A stretch of 64,000 nucleotides of DNA from an uncultured delta proteobacterium (GTDB lineage Bacteria > Myxococcota_A > Polyangia > Polyangiales > B10-G4), in contig CAVSGI010000009.1 in the NCBI GenBank assembly GCA_963727445.1, forward strand, positions 672,001-736,000, read 5' to 3'. Below the pieces are notes generated by a model that was not told where the DNA came from, did not search any database, and was given only the letters and a program-made list of their open reading frames with translations. The position numbers and the translations under genes were made by a program. Below are positions 58,395-64,000 of this stretch, piece after piece (position 1 is the stretch's first letter; every line of letters starts with the position of its first letter).

Positions 58395-60323
58395 TCAGAT
58401 CGCGCCCAGGTCCTCGGCCGGCTCGGGGACGGGCAGGCTGCGGGCGTCGAGGTTCGAGCCGTTGTCGACGTACTGAACCCCGTCGGAAATTCGCCCGGTG
58501 TCGAAGGACGGCTCCGCGACGCACGCGCCGATCTCACACGAACCCACCACGCCCGTCGAAGCGTCGGCGTCCGCGCCTTCTCCGACGTAGAGGCCACAAA
58601 GCGCTGCGCCTCGGATGTCGAAAGCGCTCAGCCGAAGGGTTGCACCGGTGTAGGCCGCGGCGCCGTGAGCGAAGCTGGCGCCGTCCGTACAACCGTCTTC
58701 CGCGCACGTCCACGGATCGATCTGGTCGACGCGTAGGTCGTTCACGGTGAGCGTGGCGCGCGAGGTCGCGAGAGCGCCGAAGCCATGCGCCCTCTGCACA
58801 CGCACGCGGTCGAGCTCGACGCTCGCCCCCGTCTGGGCATGCACGCCGTGGCCCCAGGCGCCGGAGGCGCCGTCGCCTGCGAGGCCCTGAAACACCAGGT
58901 CCTCGAGCGTGGCCTGGCTTCCTTCGTCCCCGATCAACAGCCCGAAGCCGCCCCCGTCGACGACCGCCACCCGGGCTCCGGTGAGCTCGCTGGCTTCGAA
59001 GGCCTCGATCGCGCGCGAGGAGGAGCCATCCAGATCGGCGCCGCTCACTCCGTCGATCACGACGTCTGCGAAGCTGATCTGGGCGTCTGGTCCGTGCGCG
59101 GACGCGCCGCAGACGCGGGAGCGCGCCACGCTCACGCGCTCGAGCTCCAGTCGCCCTCCGAGCTGCGACGAAAGACTGCGGCCGCTCAGCTGGTCGACCA
59201 TGCGTGACTGCACGTCCTCGATCCGCGCGTCCCGTAGATGCAAGACCGCCGCCGTCCCTTCCACACCGGCGCCCACTTCGTGGACATGGCCGATGAACGC
59301 CCGCTCGACCGTCACCTCCGCGCCTTCGCTCATCTCGAGCCCTCGGCCGAAGCGCCCGGCGCGCGCCGTCTCCTCGTAGGGGCTGACATCTCGAACCGAG
59401 ACGTCCGTGAGACTCGCTCGCGTCCCTTCGTTTCCGATCCAGATCCCGGTGGCGATCACCCGCTCGATGACCAACCCGTCGATCATGGCGTTGGCGCCGT
59501 ACTCGACCTGGAGGCCCCGCCCGAGCCCGGTCATGGGATCGCTCCGCATGTCGCGGACGGCGATGCGATGACCCTGAAGCTCGCCGTAGCTCACCAGCAA
59601 GCCGAAGCCCTGTGCGTCGTGAATCTCGACGTTTTCGAGGACGCCGGTGCCTTCGAGGACGTGGACGCCGAGCTTGTCGGCCTCGCCGATGGTGATGTTG
59701 CGGAGGCCGCCCCCCGCGCCGCGAATGAGCAGGGTGGGGACGTCGAGCGGCGCGGTGGTGGTGAGCACGGTGTCGCGCACGCACGCTCCCCAAAGGGTCG
59801 CGCCGTCGTCGAGGTAGACCGCCTCGTCGTAGTGCCCCGCCGCGAGGGCGACCACTCCGCCGGACGCTGCAGCGAGGCCGTCCCAGATGCTGCCGAAGGG
59901 GTTTGCGCGGGTCCCGTCGCCTCCGGTGGCGCCGGCGCGCACGTACACGACCGTCCCATCCGTCGGCAGATCGGGCGCCCATCCGTCGGCCGGGCAGGCG
60001 GTGCCGATGTCCTCGCATCCGGTGGCGCCGGGTGATTGCATTTGACCGGCTGGGCAATCGGCGGGCCCGCCTCCGCCGAAGGGCAGGCAGATCGTCAGGG
60101 CCTCACCCACCGTCGACTCCGTCCACCCGCTGGGACAAGGCGTCATGGCGGGGAGGGAGGGTGCGGCGGCAGGCGAGGTATCACCGCCTCCATCGCCTGC
60201 ATCCGTGCCGCCGTCACCGTCTCCCGCATCGTCCGAGCACCCCACCGTGGTCGCGAGCACGGCCACGAGGAGAGCGAAGGAGCGCCGGCAGAGAGGAGCC
60301 AATCCACCTCGAGAGGACCACAC
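58395..60323 (-). CDS. Right-handed beta-helix repeat lipoprotein
   Basis: Lipobox TVGC, YVRAGATGGDGTRANPFGSI, AAGHYDE, repeated GRGL...GA...ER strands. Confidence 0.85.
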   Translation of the reverse strand: MWSSRGGLAPLCRRSFALLVAVLATTVGCSDDAGDGDGGTDAGDGGGDTSPAAAPSLPAMTPCPSGWTESTVGEALTICLPFGGGGPADCPAGQMQSPGATGCEDIGTACPADGWAPDLPTDGTVVYVRAGATGGDGTRANPFGSIWDGLAAASGGVVALAAGHYDEAVYLDDGATLWGACVRDTVLTTTAPLDVPTLLIRGAGGGLRNITIGEADKLGVHVLEGTGVLENVEIHDAQGFGLLVSYGELQGHRIAVRDMRSDPMTGLGRGLQVEYGANAMIDGLVIERVIATGIWIGNEGTRASLTDVSVRDVSPYEETARAGRFGRGLEMSEGAEVTVERAFIGHVHEVGAGVEGTAAVLHLRDARIEDVQSRMVDQLSGRSLSSQLGGRLELERVSVARSRVCGASAHGPDAQISFADVVIDGVSGADLDGSSSRAIEAFEASELTGARVAVVDGGGFGLLIGDEGSQATLEDLVFQGLAGDGASGAWGHGVHAQTGASVELDRVRVQRAHGFGALATSRATLTVNDLRVDQIDPWTCAEDGCTDGASFAHGAAAYTGATLRLSAFDIRGAALCGLYVGEGADADASTGVVGSCEIGACVAEPSFDTGRISDGVQYVDNGSNLDARSLPVPEPAEDLGAI

Positions 60324-60366
60324 CGAGCGTCGATAGACAACGACGGATCGAGCAGCGGCGCTCGCG

Positions 60367-62667
60367 CTATCGCGCTTCCGTGAAATCGATCCGCGCGAGC
60401 CAGTCGTCGGCGTGGACCTGATCGCCGACCGTCGCGTCGCTGCGCGCGTGAAAGGCCAGGACCACGGATCGGGCCCGTTCGAGGTCGCCCTCGGCGAACA
60501 GCGCGGTGATCAGCATGCGCTTCGACTCGCGGCGGAGGAGCTCGGTAGGCAGCCCGCGCGCTTCGGCGTCCTCGATCCGCGGCAGCGCCAGATCGTAGCG
60601 CCCGCTCGCCATGAGCTGTCGCGCTTCGAGGTAGGGGCCGAGCCCGTCGAGGCGGCTCGCGCTCAGCTCGCGGTCCTGGGAGACGGCGACGGCGCGATCG
60701 GCCGGGACGCCATCGTGTCCGACGAGCATGTCGAGGATCCGCCGGCCGTCCGCTTCGGGCATCTCCGCGGCAGCGATGAGCTTCACTTCGAGGTTGCGGC
60801 GCGCGTCCTCGGCCTGGGGCCGGTTCAACAGGGAGCGATAGAGCGCGGCGGCTTCTTCTCGGCGCCCTTCGATCCACGCGGCGTCGGCCACCGATTCGGT
60901 GCCGAGGACGATGTAGGGCTCGGGCGCCGGCGGGTCCCCTTCGAGGGACCGGAGCGTGGCGTCGGCGTCGGCGTCGCGACCGTCGCGAGCGAGCGCGCCT
61001 GCATATCGGGCCCGCGTCGCGACGTCGCCGGGATCGATCGCGAGGAGCTCCTCACAGGTGGTCACCGCCGCCGGGGCGTCGCCGGCTGCGAGATCCTCTC
61101 CGAGTCGTTGCTTCAGTCGGGCGACCTCGTGGGGGCACACCGCGGAGAAGATGCTCACCCGCTCGAAGCGAACGCGCGCGAGCGCCAGCGCTTCGTCGGG
61201 AAGCGGCTCCTCGTCGAGGCGCGCGCGCCACCCGCGTTCGAGCTCGGGGAGGGGGACGCCCACGGCGGCTTCGATGTCGCCCGTGCGGTACGCCTCTCGC
61301 ACCACCTCCGCGCCGTGCTCCTCGAGGAGGTAGCGGACGAAGGAGCCGGACACGGTGTACGCGTTGCTCGCGGGCTGCCCCAGGAACGACAGCCCGAAGA
61401 CCGCCGAGAGCGGCGGCATCAGATCCAGCTCGACCATCGCCTTGGCCCACTGGTGGGGCGTGAGGCCGTCGCGCTCGTCCCAAGCGACGGCGACCGCGAC
61501 TCCTTCGATGAGCGACGGGTCCGGCAGATAGCCGCCGAGCTGCCCGCCGACGCGGAACGGACCGGAGGCCGTCTGGCCCGCCACCACGTGCGTGATCTCG
61601 TGAAAGAGCACGGGATGCGGCCAGCCCGAGAGCTGGAGATAGACCTCGTTCCGCCACGGTTCCGCGATGTAGGTGCGCCCCGCGCCCATGTAGCGACGCT
61701 TCTCCTCCTGGTTGCGGAAGAAGAAGGCGGTGACCATCTCGCGTTGATGAACGCCCAGGGTCTCTTCGGCCTCGGTGACGCGAAAGTCGCAGTCCGCAAC
61801 GAGGCGCGTGAGCTCTTCGCGCCGCATCTCCCGCGGTGCGTGCACGATGCAGCGCTCGCCGCGCTCGGTCGCGCCTAGCTCTTCCGCGATGAAGCGGGCA
61901 GAGGAGCGATGCCCGAGCTCTTCTCCGTAGAAGTGCACCAGCGCCGCGCCAGTGAGAAGCGCGAGGCCGAGTGCCGTGGCCAGGGGCGCGCGCAAGAGGC
62001 CGCCGAGGGCGGGGCGCCCGTCGATCTTCGAGGTGCCCAGGTGCACCAGTAGGAAGGTCCCCGCGAGCAGCGCGAGCGTGCCGGCGCGAAAGGTGACGTA
62101 GGCGAGCGGGATGCTCGTGCCTTCGTCGTAGATCGTGCCGGGAAACCAACCGGCGAAGAGGCCGTAGACGAAGATCGCCGGGGAGCTCCAGAAGCGATAG
62201 AGGCCGGTGGCGACCGCCGCGAGGGGCAGGGCGAGGGCCAACGCCGTGGCGAGACGGGGCTGGCGGAGCAGGATCGCCGGGAGCGTTCCGAGGATCGCGG
62301 CGGCGTAGCAGCCGAGGACCGGACCGAGGAGCATGAACGCGACGCCCATGCCCGGCGTGCACTGCTTGATCCTCAGCAGCGCGTCGAGCCAGAGGATCAG
62401 GATGGGCGCGCCCACCACGAAGGTCGCCATCTTCAGCGCGACCAACATCGCGGAGCCGGCGGCGATCGCCGCCCCGCGCCGACGCCGCGCGACCACCAGG
62501 CGGGCGGCGGCCACCGCGACGAAGGGCGGCAACAGAACGCCGAGCACCAGCCCACTCTCCACACCGTGAACGCCGGTGAGGGGCGAGACGCACATGCCCA
62601 GGCCCGCGATTGCGGAGACGATCAGCGCGACCCGCGCGCTCGTCGGGCCGAGTGCCTCGCGCATCAA
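60367..62667 (-). CDS. Polytopic membrane protein with HEXXH metallopeptidase-like domain and TPR-like C-terminus
   Basis: About 7 TM helices, VLFHEITHVV, LIEGVAVA, AYTVSGSFVRYLLE, CPHE, TPR-like helices. Confidence 0.75.
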   Translation of the reverse strand: MMREALGPTSARVALIVSAIAGLGMCVSPLTGVHGVESGLVLGVLLPPFVAVAAARLVVARRRRGAAIAAGSAMLVALKMATFVVGAPILILWLDALLRIKQCTPGMGVAFMLLGPVLGCYAAAILGTLPAILLRQPRLATALALALPLAAVATGLYRFWSSPAIFVYGLFAGWFPGTIYDEGTSIPLAYVTFRAGTLALLAGTFLLVHLGTSKIDGRPALGGLLRAPLATALGLALLTGAALVHFYGEELGHRSSARFIAEELGATERGERCIVHAPREMRREELTRLVADCDFRVTEAEETLGVHQREMVTAFFFRNQEEKRRYMGAGRTYIAEPWRNEVYLQLSGWPHPVLFHEITHVVAGQTASGPFRVGGQLGGYLPDPSLIEGVAVAVAWDERDGLTPHQWAKAMVELDLMPPLSAVFGLSFLGQPASNAYTVSGSFVRYLLEEHGAEVVREAYRTGDIEAAVGVPLPELERGWRARLDEEPLPDEALALARVRFERVSIFSAVCPHEVARLKQRLGEDLAAGDAPAAVTTCEELLAIDPGDVATRARYAGALARDGRDADADATLRSLEGDPPAPEPYIVLGTESVADAAWIEGRREEAAALYRSLLNRPQAEDARRNLEVKLIAAAEMPEADGRRILDMLVGHDGVPADRAVAVSQDRELSASRLDGLGPYLEARQLMASGRYDLALPRIEDAEARGLPTELLRRESKRMLITALFAEGDLERARSVVLAFHARSDATVGDQVHADDWLARIDFTEAR

Positions 62668-62686
62668 CCCAGTCGGTCCCCGGCGC

Positions 62687-64000
62687 TCACGCAGGAGGCG
62701 CCGCGGGTGCCTGCGCGTTTTCCGCCGTGTCCAGGTCGAGCGCCAGCTCGAGCACCTCGTCCACCTTCGAGACGAAGTGGATGATGAGGCCCTTGCGGAT
62801 CTGCTCCGGCACCTCGTCCATGTCGGGCTCGTTTCGCTTCGGCAGGATGACGTGCTTGATGCCGGCGCGGTGCGCGGCGAGGCACTTGGCCTTGATCCCG
62901 GTCACCTTCAGCACCGTGCCGCGGAGCGTGACCTCGCCGCTCATGGCGACATCGGGGCGCACCCGCATACGCGTCAGCATCGACGAGAGCGCGACGAAGA
63001 TCGCGATGCCCGCCGCGGCGCCGTCCTTGGGCACCGCACCCTGGGGCAGGTGGATGTGCACGTCGATCTTGGTCAGGAAGTCCTCGGGCAGGCCGAGCTT
63101 GTCCGCGCGCGCGCGGATGTAGGTGAAGGCGGTCGCGACCGACTCCTTCATGATGCCGCCGACGCTCCCGGTGAGGTGCACCTTGCCAGTGCCGGGCATG
63201 CGCTCGGCCTCGACGAACATCAGGTCGCCGCCTGAGGGCGTCCACGAGAGGCTGGTCGCGACCCCGGGGCGCCCGGTCTTCTCGATGGACTGCGGCTTCA
63301 CTCGGGCGGGACCGAGCACGTCCTCGATGTATTCGGGATCCGCCAGCACGTGCACGTCCTCGCCGTCGGCCAGACGAACGGCGACCGCACGACAGACGCT
63401 CGCGACCTTCTGTTCGAGATTGCGGACGCCGGCTTCACGCGTGTACTCCTCGATGAGCCGAACGGTGGCTTCGTCGGTGAACTCCAGGCGCTCCGGCGAC
63501 AATCCGTGCTCCGAGAGCTGCTTGGGGATCAGGAACTGCTGCGCGATGGCCATCTTCTCCTCGCGCGTGTAGCCGGGCAGCTCGATCAACTCCATCCGGT
63601 CGAGCAGGGCGCGCGGGATGGTGTCCTTGCGGTTCGCCGTGGCGATGAACATCACCTGCGACAGATCGAAGGGCACCTCGAGGTAGTGATCGACGAACTC
63701 GAAGTTCTGCTCGGGGTCGAGGACCTCGAGGAGCGCCGAGCCCGGGTCGCCGCGGAAGTCGTTGCCGAGCTTGTCGACCTCGTCGAGGAGCATCACCGGG
63801 TTGCGGGACCCCGCCTTCTTGAACGCGCCGATGATGCGTCCGGGGAAGGAGCCCACGTAGGTCCGGCGATGGCCGCGGATCTCGGCCTCGTCCTGAACGC
63901 CGCCCAGGGAGACGCGCGTGAAGTTGCGCCCCGTGGCGCGCGCGATCGATTTGCCGAGGCTCGTCTTGCCGACGCCGGGCGGGCCGACGAAGCAGAGGAT
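62687..64000 (-). CDS. lon: Lon ATP-dependent protease homolog (5'-truncated by window); catalytic Ser replaced by Ala
   Basis: ILCFVGPPGVGKTS, RGHRRTYVGS, LLDEVDK, LLEVLDPEQN, REAGVR, HIHLPQGAVPKDGAAAG, AMSGEVTLRG. Confidence 0.95.
   Translation of the reverse strand: MLCFVGPPGVGKTSLGKSIARATGRNFTRVSLGGVQDEAEIRGHRRTYVGSFPGRIIGAFKKAGSRNPVMLLDEVDKLGNDFRGDPGSALLEVLDPEQNFEFVDHYLEVPFDLSQVMFIATANRKDTIPRALLDRMELIELPGYTREEKMAIAQQFLIPKQLSEHGLSPERLEFTDEATVRLIEEYTREAGVRNLEQKVASVCRAVAVRLADGEDVHVLADPEYIEDVLGPARVKPQSIEKTGRPGVATSLSWTPSGGDLMFVEAERMPGTGKVHLTGSVGGIMKESVATAFTYIRARADKLGLPEDFLTKIDVHIHLPQGAVPKDGAAAGIAIFVALSSMLTRMRVRPDVAMSGEVTLRGTVLKVTGIKAKCLAAHRAGIKHVILPKRNEPDMDEVPEQIRKGLIIHFVSKVDEVLELALDLDTAENAQAPAAPPA

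Overview
A 64-kb, very GC-rich chromosomal segment that looks myxobacterial (probably Polyangiales/Sandaracinaceae-like). This is inferred from PEGA-domain Ser/Thr kinases, many Cys-rich lipoproteins, a MYXO-CTERM protein, an FHA-sigma54 activator and aglRQS-like motor genes. No integrase, transposase, CRISPR or prophage is visible. Housekeeping and transport content includes tRNA-Ala(GGC), ribF, xseB, a TatT/DctPQM TRAP operon, a BlaI/BlaR-controlled RND efflux operon, two divergent TolQ/TolR/TolR motor operons, an FMO, an erythromycin esterase and a partial Lon. Several genes carry clustered 1-bp indels that are most likely assembly errors. The most notable observations are: (1) a candidate self-contained circuit in which a STAND Ser/Thr kinase and an FHA-sigma54 activator face a sigma54 promoter with phased enhancer repeats driving a lipoprotein of six tandem conotoxin/knottin-like modules; (2) a sigma54-preceded lipoprotein with an aerolysin/ETX-MTX2-like pore-forming signature; (3) a Lon whose catalytic Ser is replaced by Ala; (4) a 2.3-kb intergenic block of three arrays, two with the same 52-bp period and an inverted shared core, plus a heptamer array with a 161-bp higher-order repeat; (5) a matrixin paired with a possible TIMP-like partner.
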